A DNA stretch of 63,484 nt, the filler included, from Intoshia linei (taxonomy: Eukaryota; Animalia; Orthonectida): the NCBI GenBank assembly GCA_001642005.1. It is 7 parts of 7 records of this genome, joined end to end, with 100 filler letters (N's around TTAATTAATTAA, not from the genome) between each part and the next. Parts side by side here need not be neighbours in the genome. Positions count along the whole stretch, not along the records: positions 20,822 to 42,671 come from LWCA01000625.1; 6 more parts are not named here. One strand, given 5' to 3'. The position numbers were made by a program, and so were the translations under genes. The notes below the pieces were generated by a model, which did not search any database, had not been told where the DNA came from, and saw nothing but the letters and a program-made list of their open reading frames with translations. Each line of letters starts with the position of its first letter. The stretch's first letter is position 1. Positions 26,001 through 40,585 of this stretch are shown piece after piece.

Positions 26001-29000
26001 AAAGAGTTCGCAATTTTATACAGTCCTTAGACACCTCTTTAATGCTTTTGAATTGATATTTTAAATTTACCACACAAAATATATACTTTTTTATGTTATT
26101 TATTCACATAATTTTTTGAATGTTCAATTTGATAAAATCAGGCCTTCTTTATACAAACATTTTGTTGAGTTTTCAGACTTGGAGACTGGGATTACGGTTA
26201 AAGCCGTTTTAAGGCATGGGCAATATGGAATGTAGCCCAGGGCCACTCATTAAAAAAGGCCCCCAAATTAATAAAAGTACTTTACATTTATATCTTAAAA
26301 AGAGGCCCCTAATTTATTAAAAAATACTTCAGATTTATATTTTAAGAATCAGTTTATAACTTTTTAAGTGTGGGAATTCAAATAGCTAGAAAGAAAATAA
26401 TTTAAAGAATCATAATTCTGGTAATTATTCAATTTAAAATATTTCTACAATGTTCATTATATAATATTGACCTAAAAACTGTTTCAAATGATAATATTAA
26501 AACCTTTCTATTATTGAATATTCAAAAAAGAAAGTAGGAAATCTTTGATTTTCTCTTATTAATTTTCAATTAATTAATAAAGTTTTCGTAAAAGAAATAA
26601 AAGTTACTAGAAACTTACATAGTATCTTTTAATGCTTTTATTAATACTCAATGAAATAAGACTCTAAGTCTCCAACCAACCCTATTTCTTGTCTTCTAAA
26701 AATGGGCACTAAAATTTTATCGCTTCGTTCTTTAAAATTTTGGAACTTTAAAAAGCCTCCGGTCCTTTTCTTAGCCCAGATCCACGAAGTGGTTTAAGAC
26801 GGCTCTGGCTACGGAAGGTTCTCACTGGATGCAAGCATAATAAGTAGTATACTGCTTAAATATTATTATTAGATTCTTTCTACAAAGATAAAGAAAACTG
26901 TGAATCTTGCTCACTTATTCATTCATATTACTTTGAAAGTGGTTTATGTCAAAGTATATTTCTTATATTATAAATTTAATTTAAATTATAGCTTGCTTTA
27001 GTCACATGAATATTGATAATGCGTATCAATGCGTTCAATGTGGTTTATACATAAATAATAATGTGATGGGGAAATTTTGGGATCTGGATGTAGAAGAATG
27101 TTTAAGTATAATTTAAAATTATATAACTAGTTACTAGTACAATGAAACGGTACATTGACAACGAGTTATGAATTAGTTATTAGTAATAAATTATTATGTA
27201 CATTTTCATTTAATTCTAAATATAGAGACCCGTATCTGATTGGGTTCGACTATTACACGGTTTAATAAGGTGTGAAACAAGAGAAATCATTAACAAATAA
27301 TATTTATTCATGTATTATATATGTACTACATTGTATATATTTTAATCTATATAGTTTCTATATTTTAGTTTTAATAACACGAATAGTAAATTTATAATCG
27401 CTCGAAAAAATATATATTAAAAGTTATTTTTCACCGTTTTTACAAAAATTTACGGTCGTAGAATATAAAAAAAACCAAATTTCTAATACAGTTGTTACCA
27501 GCGCGTGTTTATATCCATTTTATAGATTCCGAATTCGACTGCTTCAAGATCAAAAACCCAAGTTTCCGTTTTGTTTAAAAAATAAATTAGCACAAAAATT
27601 TAATAAAATATGCATTCTGGGACAAATTTTAAAATTATTATCATTGTCGTAAATCTCAGCATCAGAATTTTTTTGAAATCATCTTTCATGGTCAAAACCA
27701 CAAATTACCCTATGTTTAAAAATGAAACATGTACTAAAATTTTATAAAACATAAATTCTGGGATTAGATTTTAAATATTTAAAATTATAAGCATTAGAAT
27801 AAATGGTAACCTCAAAAAAGTGCATTTTAGCGATCAAAACCCCATATTACCTTTTTTAAAAAAATAAAAAGGTAATGTGATATAACGGGTCCACGTGAAA
27901 AAAATTTTGGTACCTCTCCATTAAAGGGTTGATAATTATTATAATAGTGGATAGTAGTATTTTTAAGTTAGATTTTCTTATAGAATTTATTTTATTGTAG
28001 AATTAAAAATGTTTGCCTTCGGCAGATCTAGGATCCTGTTTGTACGAAGTACACAACAGTCAAGATAATTACTTTAATAATTAGATAATTAGATAATGAA
28101 ATTTGCATTGTATATATTTTTTAATCTACCATGGTCCATAGAATCCACTCTCTGGATAGAGTCACTTGTAAATTTATAAAATGTTTCATTTTTATTGTAA
28201 AGGAGTGTTTTTTATTTATGGATATTTGCGGTTGGATTAATTCACTTTATGACATAATTATCACTATTTGTTTACTTCTACTTAAATTATTATCTTTTAG
28301 ATTGTCCAACTATGTGCCTTGTGTGCTCCAATGCAGAGTTTTGTGATGTGTGTCCTGATGCAATGTATTATGAATATGAAACAAATTCTTGTGAAAGTAT
28401 TTATTATTAATAATAAATAATGGATCATATTATAATATAATATTATTATAGTATATTATAACTTATAAATCGTCATATACATGATAAACTGGTCGCTCTG
28501 AAGATTAGTTACTTTTGAAAGGGTTTCCAACCTTTTAGTTTGCAGTCCACTTAACTACTTATAAATAAATAATTCTAAATTTCTTTTTCAATTTTTAGTT
28601 TGTCCCATTTTGTGATTTCACCAATGTCTTCAAGATTTGAAATAATATTATCCAATTTCTAGGCATTTTGATTTTTTTTTCACTCTTAACAACAAATTCT
28701 GTTTCAAGTTGTCTCTTTTGAGATGTAGATAAATTAGTTATGTTAATAACATTTTGATTTTAAGCGCCGTTTAGAGAGTGTTCTATTCCTAGAATCAGAG
28801 CCGTACTTACCACTTTAGAAAATAAAAATAGACCACAAGCAAAGGTCTGTAAACGATGCGTAGTCGCATAGTCACCTCTTCAAGGATGTTTCTTTGACAT
28901 TTTAAATTTAGCACACATAATGTTTATAAATCATAAATTATGATATTCACATGTCAATCATATAATTTTATTAATACTTTAGTTGTATTAATGATGGCCC

Positions 29001-32000
29001 TTTTCCAACAAATTTCGTCGAGTCCCTCTACCCTCCCCCATTAGATGTGTCATTTTTGAGAGCGACCACTTTATATTTAATTTTAGGATGTTTAATTAAC
29101 TGTGCAAATTGTAAAACTTCAAATACATGTTTAAATTGCGAAGAAGGATTTTATTTAAATAATGAACCACCATCATGCAATGGTATACATTTTTTATTAA
29201 AATTTATAATTCATTCTTTTAATTAAATCGGTGCCACTCTCGTCATCTATATTATAAATATACATACTCTACTTAGTATGTTTGAAAAATAAAAATTTTT
29301 AAATCGTTCTGATACCTAATTTCATATCTGCACCATAGAAACGTATATTTTTTTAATATGGGTGACCAAGGTATAGGATATTTTATATAAAATATTAATA
29401 GTATTAGGTATGGTTTCTATGGCTACCTTTCCGACTATTTCGTTAAACTCTCCCACATGTCAAAGTTATATGGGTCCCAACATTGGAAACTACTATTGTA
29501 GCGAGAGAATACTGTAGTATATATCAAATATTTATACATCATATCAAGATAAATTAATTTAGTTTGCCCTAAATCATGCAAAATGTGCATTTCGTCTAAT
29601 TTTTGTTTGGTATGTAACGATAATACTTATTGGAAATCTGAAATAGGTTTTTGTAAATGTAAGTAGTGTCGTTTACACTTTATTATGAATCGTTTTTAGC
29701 ATGCATACCTAATTGTAATATTTGTAGCACTGCTGAACCATGTACTAAATGCGATCCTAAATATTATTTGCACATTGATGACTCACATAATTGTCTATGT
29801 ATATTACTTGCCCTTATATATTTAAGATATTATATAATTATGTATAACATAATTATAATTTCATTTATATGCTATTTATTAATTAGCTTGTTCGGTAAAT
29901 TGCTATGAATGTTTATCTGATAAATATTGCTTAACGTGTGATGAAAACTTTTGTCTCAACAAAAATAAAGAATGTATAGGTTTCATTTTTAAGATAATAT
30001 ATATTAAATTACATAATAATATTAAATATTATATAATTATATTATTAAAAAGTACTAAAAAATTTATAAGTAAATTTTGGAATTTAGCTGATACACATAA
30101 TTGTTTAACATGTAATCAAGATTATGGATTAAGTACTTATTCCTGTGAGACTTGTATTAAAAATTACAAACTTAAATTATGCTTAGGTATTTCAATATAA
30201 TATTAAAAATATAAATATGGTATAATTTAATTATTAAATTTAGAATGTAGTCAAAATTGTTTAATTTGTTCAGATGGTGAAAAATGTACAAAATGTATTG
30301 ATGGCTATTATATTTATTCCTTCTTTTGTCACAGTAATTAAAAAAAATTTTTATTGTTCAAAGTTTAAAAATTTTTAGTTTGTCAGGAAAACTGTTTAGA
30401 ATGTTCATCTGAAACAAATTGCTCAAAATGCAAAATTGGATATTATTTTGATTCAAAAGAAATAGAATGTTTAAGTAAATGACTTTCATTAATTTGGATT
30501 TAATGTTTTAATTTAGAATGTCCTGAAAATTGTGCTACATGTAAAAGTAGAGATACCTGCAGTGCTTGTGTCTTTGAAAATTACTTTTTCGATGCTGAGT
30601 TGAATATGTGTTTGAGTAAATTAAATTTTTTGCATATTCATATTTTTATTACATATATATTATATTAAATTACATATATTATAGTGTAAAAAATTTTAGC
30701 ATGTAAAAACAACTGTAAATCTTGTACAAGTCAAAACAAATGTGTACAATGTTACGATGATTCTGTTTTTGATACTACTATATCGCCATCATCTTGTACA
30801 AGTAAACTGTTATTTTCAACGAATTTAAAAAATGTATTAGAATGTTCTGTTGCAATTGAAGGATGTAGAAAATGCCGTATGTTGAATGAAAACTTATATT
30901 GTGACAATTGTTATGAATATTATATGCTAGGAAAAAACGATAAATCGTGTATTAGTATGTTTTAACACAATCAATTTCTAGTAATTTTTAAAGTTTTTTA
31001 AACTTCTAATGTACCAATTTGAAAACAATTCCAAAAATGAGATAAATGTGATATTTATATTTTTTTAAGTTTTCTATTGGAAAATATAAATTGTCAACTC
31101 TATGAAATGAATTAAATTTTGAAAGATAACTTCTTTTAAACATCTCGTTCTAAATTAATATACATGTATTTATTAGAATGCCCTAAAAATTGTAAAATTT
31201 GCATGCAACAAAATGATATTTGTACAAAATGTAACACAAATCACTATATATCTAATGATCAAGCAAATTGCTATACTAAAAGGTGTTTTGAATGCCTTTC
31301 TGGTAATAATTCATGTGCAAATATCACATCTACATCAATTGGAAACAAGTATGGATGCAAACATTTGGGAGTTGCATCGAGTTGTTGGGTAAAATTTTAT
31401 TATTTTTCAATAATTTTATTTAGATAACAACAAAATCAAAATTTAATGAAACAATTAATATTTCTTATTCACGTACGTGCAAATCAATTAAATGCCCTAA
31501 AGATTCAAATAATATGATGTGTACTAATTCATTTTCTACTAATGAAACAGTAAATATACTAATTTACTCTACTTATTATATTTGTTCAATTCAAAAAAAA
31601 TTTAAAATACATTTGTATTTTCTGTTAATAATACGTAAAAATATATAAATTTAACTGGAAACGTGTCCTTTTTTTTGAAAATCAAACGAGATCGATAATT
31701 TAGAAAAATATATACTCTGATACGGATTTTAAAATCATAAATATTATTATAAATTTATATTTAAAAAAATATATCTTCAGGGCCAAAACTACAAATTACA
31801 CTTTGTTTTAATGAAAACAGCCCTATAATTTTTAAAAATTTACAGGTGGTAGAGTTGTATCATGTTAACATACATAAAAAATTTCAATCCGAATAAGTGA
31901 TGACTTCACGGTCAAGAAAGCATTTTAGTATTCATATATTTTTTTTCCGAAATATTTTATTAAAACAAAAAATATGAAATAATTAATAATCCGAAAATTT

Positions 32001-34062
32001 AAAAAAAGGATTATTCTAATAGAGATTATTCCAGTTGATATAATTACAAAATTTCAACCCCAGAAAACTACGCATTCCCGGTGAAAAATAATTTTTAATA
32101 TATTATCAACGAATATTTTTCAAATATTTCGATTAAAATAAAAATGAAAATGCAAATTGATCCTACAATTTTAAAAATAAAATGTGCATTGAACAACATC
32201 TACACATTTCCAATAAAGAAATATGGGTGAAAATCTATTTAATTCATTCCTTCGGAATTTTTTTCATTTTACACAATTTTAAATCTCAAATTCTCTCTTT
32301 CAAAACATTTTGTTTAAAATTTAAATTGAAACTACAACAACGATTACTAAAAGTAATACAACTTTGTTATTATTATTTTTATATTTATTACAATCTTTTG
32401 CAATATTGGTAAAATTCGCCTAAAATATGTTTAATATGAAAGTGAAGATTCCGTAAATTATTGATACATAATTGGTATTTTTAAGTATTTATTAAATTGT
32501 TACTGAATATATATTATCACATTGAAAATGACAAAATAGGTTTTTATAATTTTATTTTTTTTGGAATTTCTGCTATTTATGACAATTTTTAGGATTGGAC
32601 TAATTTTACTTTTTTTAATATTATACACACATTCTGTCTAATAAATTAAAAAAATGAAATAACAATTGTTTTTAAAATTCTTTACGCAAATATTAACAAA
32701 CAAAAAATTAAGATGGAATAATTCACTTTAAAGTAAAAAGTAATGTGATATGATGGTTCCAGCTGAAACAAATTTGGGAACCACTTCTTTAAAGGATTGA
32801 TAATAGTGAATAGTAGGATTTTTAAGTTAGATTTTCAACATGAATTTATTTTTTTGATATAATAAAAATGTGCCCTCGGCTAGGTGGTGTGTCGTATTGA
32901 TATAATCATGTTTTCATTTGATATGGTCATGTTTGCGTTTGATTAAGTCATGCTGTCATTTGATATGGTTATATTTGCATTATTAAGTATCAGGGATTGT
33001 AAATAATTGATTTCAGTAATAATAGTAGTAAATAATATTTTGCAAATAAAATAGTTTGATATCCTTACTTATATAATTCGCTACGCAATATTTGTTTGTG
33101 TGTGTGTTCCACTTTATTTCAATAAGTACCAGTCTTAGAATTTTATAAAGTCCACATTTCAATTACAGTTTTTCCTGGATGATAAGATAAATTTCAATCT
33201 CCCAAACTCAACTTACAGGTCAAAACCCCAATTTTCTTTTTTTTTTTGAAAATGAAACGAGTTGGAGAATTTAAAAAAATATATACGCTGATAAGGATTT
33301 TAAAATCAAACATTAAAACTAATACAATTTTGTTATTATCATTGTTATATTTGTTACAATCCTTTGCAATATTGGTAAAATTCGTCTGAAATATGTTTAT
33401 AAAGTGCTGATTCCGTTAATTATTGATACATAAGTATTTATTAAATTGGTATTGAATATATATTATCACATTGAAAATGACAAAGTAGGTTTTTATAATT
33501 TTATTTTTTCTGGAATTTATGCTATTTATGACAATTTTTAGGATTGGACTGTTTTTACTTTATTTTTAATATTATACACACATTCTGTCTCATAAATTAA
33601 AAAAATGGGATAAAAATTGTTTTTAAAATTCTTTAAGCAAACGTTAACAAAAAAAATTAAGATGGAATAATTCACTTTAAAGTTAAAAGTAATGTGATAT
33701 GACGGTTCCACCTGAAACAAATTTGGGAACCACTGGTCTATAGTATACATTTTAATATACTAGTAATGAATAATACTATACGACAATTATTATTAATGCT
33801 TACACTAAATGTCTTAATTACATTCTCATTGGATAATAATACTTATAATTAGATTATATTGATTATACATTGTTTGTGGTATGTATTACATTTTATATGT
33901 AATTTAATTCAAAATGTATTGTAGGTATGTGAGAGATGCTGTAGTGAAGATAGCTGCAATTATGGTTTAATCAGCTCAGCAATAACTCATCAATCAAATA
34001 TTGTTTTTTATATATCAATGCCATTACTTTTAGCAAAAATTATTTATTTATTATATTTGTAA
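23057..34062 (+). CDS. Large cysteine-rich (CXXC/furin-like repeat) surface protein with C-terminal Ly6/uPAR domain and GPI-type tail; ~28 exons; 5' end unresolved; one in-frame TAG
   Basis: Successive ~80-175-nt, mostly phase-1 exons such as CPENCATCKSRDTCSACVFENYFFDAELNMCL. Terminal exons CFEC..SC..GC..SCW|..SRTCKSIKCP..MC..|VCERCCSEDSCN then hydrophobic IVFYISMPLLLAKIIYLLYL*, with AATAAA immediately after. TAG at 23570-23572. Confidence 0.85.
26199..26807. mobile_element. hAT-type MITE in an intron of the Cys-rich gene
   Basis: Imperfect TIRs TAAAGCCGTTTTAA / TTAAGACGGCTCTG; flanks ATTACGGT / GCTACGGA (5/8 match) resemble a decayed 8-bp TSD. Confidence 0.6.
31660..33735 (+). mobile_element. 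Two tandem partial copies of the Helitron family in the last intron of the Cys-rich gene
   Basis: High similarity to 3915-5160; 5' end ATCCTTACTTATATAAT at 33061. Confidence 0.78.
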
Positions 34063-34450
34063 AAAATAAAAATTAATTTAATATTTTGTATATATTCCAA
34101 TTATTACATTCCCAAAGTAATAAATGTAATGAATTTTTATTTGATTTTTCAATTTTTACTAAATTCATTTTTTATATATCATTTTAAAAATATTTTTATA
34201 TCCAATAAATACATTATGGTAAAGATTTAACAATATTACCTGTTTTTTAAAATTGAAAAAAGTCCCATAATTTAAAAAAACATAAATTCTAGAACCCTAT
34301 GGATCACATGCCCACGTTTGAAGTATTCGATGTAATACACTATTGTATATATAGTTTAATAGTATTTAAAATTTTACATATAACATGAAATTTAAGCATC
34401 AATTTTGAATATATTTGATTGAATTCTTGAAGAAGAAGGATTATATCGCT

Positions 34451-37400
34451 TTATAAATTATTTAATGAAATTGAATGAGTATATTCATCAATATCAAATT
34501 TTAACTTTGTATCGTCATTATAAATACCAGTATCATAACCACATTTTTTCAAATCCTTGAGTACTACATTTAAATGTAAAAATACGTTTCCTTGTGATCG
34601 TACTCGAGTTACTAATTAAATGTATATCGTAATTACAGTGTACAATGAAATTACCTTCTCTTCCATCTCCTTTAGACAAAACTTTTGGTTCAACAAATTC
34701 AGGTCTACGACTATATAACCAAGAAATAAAAGTTTGGAAAATTGAACTGCTTTCTGGTACAAACATTGGAACTTTAATTATGTGGCTAAACAACATTTAT
34801 AAATTTTAAATTGTCAATAAATTAAAATAGTTAACAGTTAACCGTTAACGTATAATGCAATTTAAACCTACACTAATTAGTTTTAAATATTTTGATCAAC
34901 GTTTTAATAAAAAATTACTTTCCTGGGGTAACTGGTAAATGGCATACACCATATCCACGAACAACATCCCTACCAAATATATCGTATCCATAAGTGTGTA
35001 ATATTATTTGAGGCCCTATAAATTTTACATTTAACGTGTAATTAAATATATTAATATAATAAAAATAGTTAAATATACATCCAAACGGGTTTGTGCTTTT
35101 AAAAGATATGTCCAAAGGAAAATTAAAGGTAAAATGATTGCTGTGAGTATCTTTATGGGTAGTTTGCGTTATCCCCTCTTCTAATCCCTAAATATTTGTA
35201 TAATAAGTAGGCCCAAACAAAAGTTAATAAAGTTAATTTTTGATATGTTAAACAGTTTTAAATTTCATGCAGGATAGCACCGATATTATCAATATTAATT
35301 AGCTAATTAAAAAATTTTAAAGTTAATAAAGTTACATCGTTATCTCAAAAGTTACATTTTTTTAATAAAATTACATTTCGAAAATTATAAATTATAAAAG
35401 TACTTTTTTGACCTTAAAGACATCACTTATTCAGATTGAATTTTTGTACGTGTCTTAACAGGATACAACTGTACCATTTGTAATTTTTTTTTAAATTCTA
35501 GGGCTGTTTTCATTTAAAAAAATAATGGTAATGTGGGTTTTGATAGTGAAAATTATCTTTTTTGATGTTTAAATATATGATAATGTTTATGATTTTAAAA
35601 TCTACCCCAGAATTTATGTTTACAAAAATTTTAGGACATGTTTCATTTTCAAAAAAAAGGGTAATTTGGGGTTTTGACAATGAAGGTATGAGTTTCTGGG
35701 GCTGAGATTAACGACAATGTTAATGATTTTAAAACGCGTCCCAGAATGTATATTATATTATTTAATTTATATTTAAAAATTTAAATTTTTGGGCATTTTT
35801 TTTAACAAAAGGGGAAATCGTATCATGGGGCGGAATTATTATCTGACCGGACCATTGATGACACTTCAGGTTCCTGATTTTCCAATGACTTACAATAGAA
35901 AAATAATTTTCGTTATTTGTCTCAGTATAGCTACAATATTTCTATAAGGATAAATTGATGTGTACATTTGAATATATTAAATTACTGAAATTATTGCCCA
36001 ATCTTGTCCAAAGCTAAAACCATATTTACAATATATATCTTGAAATGATTCAAACTAAAAGTATCGTAAAATTATAATTTAAAAAGAATAGAAGAAAAAA
36101 GCAAAAATTACTCTATATCCTAACTTACATATATATTATATATATTGTATATAAAACTCTTTGTTTGTCCGTCTGTTTGTCTGTATGTGTGTGTTATCGT
36201 TTATTTCAATAACTAAGAGTCTTACAATTTTAAAAGTTTCACATTTCTATTACGTTGTTTTCCAGATAAAATTAACATAAATTTCAATCTCATAAACTTA
36301 CATCTTAGCTATCAAAACCCCAATTATCCTTTTTATAAATCAAACGAGTCCTAGAATTTAAAAATATATCCTTTGATGCAGATTTCAAAAAATGAAAATA
36401 GTCCCAGAATTAAAAAAAATTACAGTTGATACAGTTATCTCAAGATTGTACACACAAAAAATTTTGATTTGACAAAGTGACGTTTTCGCGGTCAAAAAAC
36501 CATTTTTATAAAGATATCACTTATATAAAACAATTTGTTTTACTGTCTATCTTTGTATGCATTATCTTTATTTTATAAAAAAACCGCATAGTCCTAGAAT
36601 ATAAAAAATATCACATTTAATACAGCTTTTTCCAGTTACAATATATAAAAATTTTCGAAGTTAATTTAATCATTTATTTTCAATAAAGGAATTTACTGTT
36701 TATCCTTTTTTTTGGAGAAATTATGTCATTAAAAAACAAAAAATTTGATATAATTAATAGTCCCAAAATTAAAAAATAATATGATATATTTGAGTACTTA
36801 AATTTTATAAAAGTGTGTAGTATGTATAAGTTATCAGGGGCGAACATATCGTACACAAGATGTCTCTCGAGGTTTCAACGAAATTATAAACCATTTTTTC
36901 AATTGAGCATTTAAATTTATTATATTTTTCAATATTAAACTATCAAGTCGAAACTGGTGAAGAGTTGGCTAAGGGTTATATGAAATTACGTATTTTCAAT
37001 GTAATAATATGTAATGTATGTAATAAAAAAACTGGCTGATAATATATTAAAAGATATTTTTGACAGAAAATCCGTAGACTTGTTTGGTTTTAATTTTTTC
37101 TCTAGATTAACTAGAATAAAGCCTATTAGAATAATCTTTTGTTAAATTCTAGGACTAAAATTTTAGAAAGTAGTTATTTAATATATTTTGTTTGAATAAA
37201 ATAATTATCAAATAAAAAAATCAATACTATAGTGATTTTTTAACCGTGAAGGCATCAATTTGTGAAATAAAAATATTTTGAGTAGGTTAAATGGAAATAA
37301 CTCGATTAGCTCAAATTTTTTAACAATTCTATATAATCAAAAATCTACTAATAGATACAGTAGGACTTTTTTCATTTTTTCAAAAATTAATCAAAAGGGT

Positions 37401-39397
37401 CATCTGTGATCTGACCGATCCATGGAAAATTTTTGAGGGTACGATTTATGAAATTCTCATTATTTTAAAAACTATCTCAGAATTTATCTTTTATAAATTT
37501 CGACATTTTTCATTTATTTATTTTACAAAAAAAAGATAATTTTGTTTTTTTGACAATAAAGATGTAAGTTTCTTAGATTTAGATTATCGAATAAATTAAT
37601 GATTTTAACACGCGTCCCAGAATTTTTGTTTTTTTAAATTCTAAGGCTGATTGCATTTTAAAAAAACAGTGTCAATTGTGTTTTTGACCGTGAAGGACTC
37701 AATTTCTGACAATTCAATTTACGATAAAACATGAATCTCGAAAAACTATATGAGAATTTGAGTATTTGAAATCCTTGGACTGTTAATTTTTAAATTAAAC
37801 GGTAACACAGATACACAGATATTCAATGTTATATAAGTAAAGGATTATAAATTATAATAAGCATAATAATAATACTTTGCACAGTATTGGTCAGGGATTG
37901 GAATTAATTGTTTGGAATTAATTGCTTTATGAAAAATAAAAAATTTCAATTGATTAAGATTGATAACAATATCATAATCATGTTTAAAAAACTGTCATGT
38001 GGTCATAATGAATACTAGGATGCTGTTTGTTCGAAGTACATAAAAGTCAAGCTAGAAGGTTAAATACATCATTTTTCTGTTTATTAGTTAATTTTTTCAT
38101 CCAACCATTCGTCAATAAAATGATTCAATTTATATTTTTTCAGTTATATGAAAAAAACCAATTAATTGAAAATTATCTTTTCATTTTTTAAATTAATTGG
38201 TTTATACATAATAATTGATTGTAATCAATTATTTCTAATCCCTGGTATTAGTTGTTAAATGTTGTTAAAATAGTAATACTTTTCTGACCGTAAAGGTATG
38301 CATCTCTATCAGTCATGAATTTTTCTTAGAATTTGTGTTTTTAAATTCATAGATTCGTCATAAATTTTGTCAATAATTATCAAAAAAAACACCGCTACAC
38401 ACACTAAGACATAAAATTTAAATGTTATGCAAATAGAGAACCTTTGTTAGGGGCGAATCCAAGAAGATAGTTAATGAGGTGCGAGCGAAGCCAGCAATTT
38501 ATTTAACTTGGCCGAAGGGCAAAAAATTTTTAGGGGCGTCTCTTTTAATATCAAGGCGTCTAGTTTGATTTTAAATCGTCTCTTTTAATTTCATTTCAAG
38601 GTTGTTATACAATAGTTTCCAAATTGGTATTTTTCCGCATCATTGAAAAAATGATCAGCACAAAAAAAAAAGAAATTAATTTTGTTCATTAAATAATCCT
38701 AAATCAATTAGGTTCAGTCTTCTTAGATGAAGTATTGCAAATTCATTAACCAAACTTTCAATATCAAAATTATAGTCATAGTGGCAATTCATGAGGGCCA
38801 GTCCACATAGACGATTACCAGTCATTGTTGATCTTAAAAAGGTTTTCAATCTTCTCAAAAATTTTTTAAAAAAATTTGCAAAAAAAGTGCAACTGCACCT
38901 TCTGCACCCCTTGAATCTGCCCCTGTTTCTAACATAAATAACGACAAAGTAAATACTATTAATTATTTCTTAAGACTCATCTTGCGAAATGAAATTATAT
39001 AAAAAAAAATCAGATTCTCTAACATAATAAAATGAACTATACGTTAAAATGTATAAATTAAAATAAACATGTTATTTTAAATGTAAAAGTATATAGGATA
39101 TAAGAAATAAATAAAATACTTAAGGGTTATGCCAGATAGGACAAAATTTATCGAACCTAAAATACATGGTTCTAATTTGAATAAAACCAAACACTGTACA
39201 ATAGTGTATAATTAAAATTGAATCCAAGCATATTAAAAGAATCAATGAATGTATTAAATTTTAAATGTAAATTATTTAAAGTTTAAAAATAAAAATTGAA
39301 TTACTATGAATAACCAATAAATACATGAACAAATTACTTGAGCATTTTCAATTTGACCACAAACTTTTAACATGAATACTGTCAACTTTGCATCCAT
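34451..39397 (-). CDS. B9D1: B9 domain-containing protein 1 (ciliary transition zone), 6 exons
   Basis: [20 protein letters not shown]|[23 protein letters not shown]|[24 protein letters not shown]|[18 protein letters not shown]..|..[27 protein letters not shown]|[13 protein letters not shown]; collinear with known B9D1. Confidence 0.95.
38448..38925 (-). mobile_element. Internally deleted hAT (Tip100/Blackjack-like) element retaining the dimerization-domain C-terminus
   Basis: TIRs TAGGGGCGAATCCAAG / CTTGAATCTGCCCCTG; [34 protein letters not shown]. Lies in B9D1 intron 1. Confidence 0.85.
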
Positions 39398-40365
39398 ATT
39401 TAAATTTCAGTGTTTATTATTAACAATGCAACTATACTCCTTAGTGTGAGATACACAAATACATGTATGCATTTTTCAGTATTTATCGGTATCAATAATG
39501 CATTATCAATTAGAGACAACATAAACAATACATGTATAAATTCCCTATTACAAAAAATTTTAATAAATTCATTTGTCGGTTATAAATAAATAAAATACAA
39601 CTTTATAATTTAAACAGGAAGTATTTCTTCATTAAGTATGCACTAGTCTGTTTCTCAAAGTCGACAACGGAAAATTCCGTCGTTGAATGCAAAATATCAC
39701 ATCAATAATTATAATTAATAATTTTGATAATCTAATTATTAGTATAATTTAGAAAAAACATTAATACATTATATATTTATTTTTAATATATAATATGTCA
39801 ATGTAATAATAAAGACCAAAATATTTCAAAATCTTTTTATACCGTAAAAATTAGCAAATGAGTTTTATAACAAAATGTTAAAATTTCTGTTGTAACGCAA
39901 AAAATTGAGTTTTCAATATTATATTTATACATTTTGACTAAATTTACTCTTTTCATAATGTGTTTTTTTTTTAATTTTTTTTTAAATTTTTTTGATTATC
40001 TGCTGCCTCAACTTTTAAAGTTTTTATCACTTTTTATGAAAAAATCTAATAGTTAAAAATATATCCAATACATTGTTTTATTTACTGTTAATATTTGTTA
40101 ATTCTAATGTGAAATTTACGTCATCTCGTTTTATACGGTTTCTAATTTGTATTACCTGTAGTTATTTTTCTAAAATTATCTAAATTATAGTCCTAATCTT
40201 TATCATATCATAAATCATGATATCATTATTTTGTTAAGAATATTAAAAGATGAATGTAAGCAATAAAATACTTAAATCGATTGACTAGTAAATTGAATAT
40301 TCCCTCCCTGCTCACCCGATTAAAACTTAATTACTAAATAATATGATAAATCAGAAATCTATATA

Positions 40366-40585
40366 CAGTGTAACCTCTTTATAAAAAACCCCTCTATAAA
40401 CAAATTATCATGCTTTAAAAAATATATCAATCCTATATAATTTGTTTATTACATTTTCACATGTCAACAGTTTACGTATGAAATTGTATGAAATTTGTAT
40501 GACACTTATCACCTTTTTTGATACTCCAAAAAACATATTAATCGTTAAAATTTATCAATCGTTTAATTATAAAGAGGTTTCACTG
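40366..40585. mobile_element. pogo/Tigger-type MITE (220 bp)
   Basis: 19-bp TIRs CAGTGTAACCTCTTTATAA / TTATAAAGAGGTTTCACTG (18/19 match), TA on both flanks. Confidence 0.85.

Noticed and set aside
32182-33750. ORFs 32182-32412 and 33538-33750 (similarly 16622-16831, 53872-54066, 61002-61202)
   Set aside because: Chance ORFs in AT-rich repeat or repeat-like sequence.
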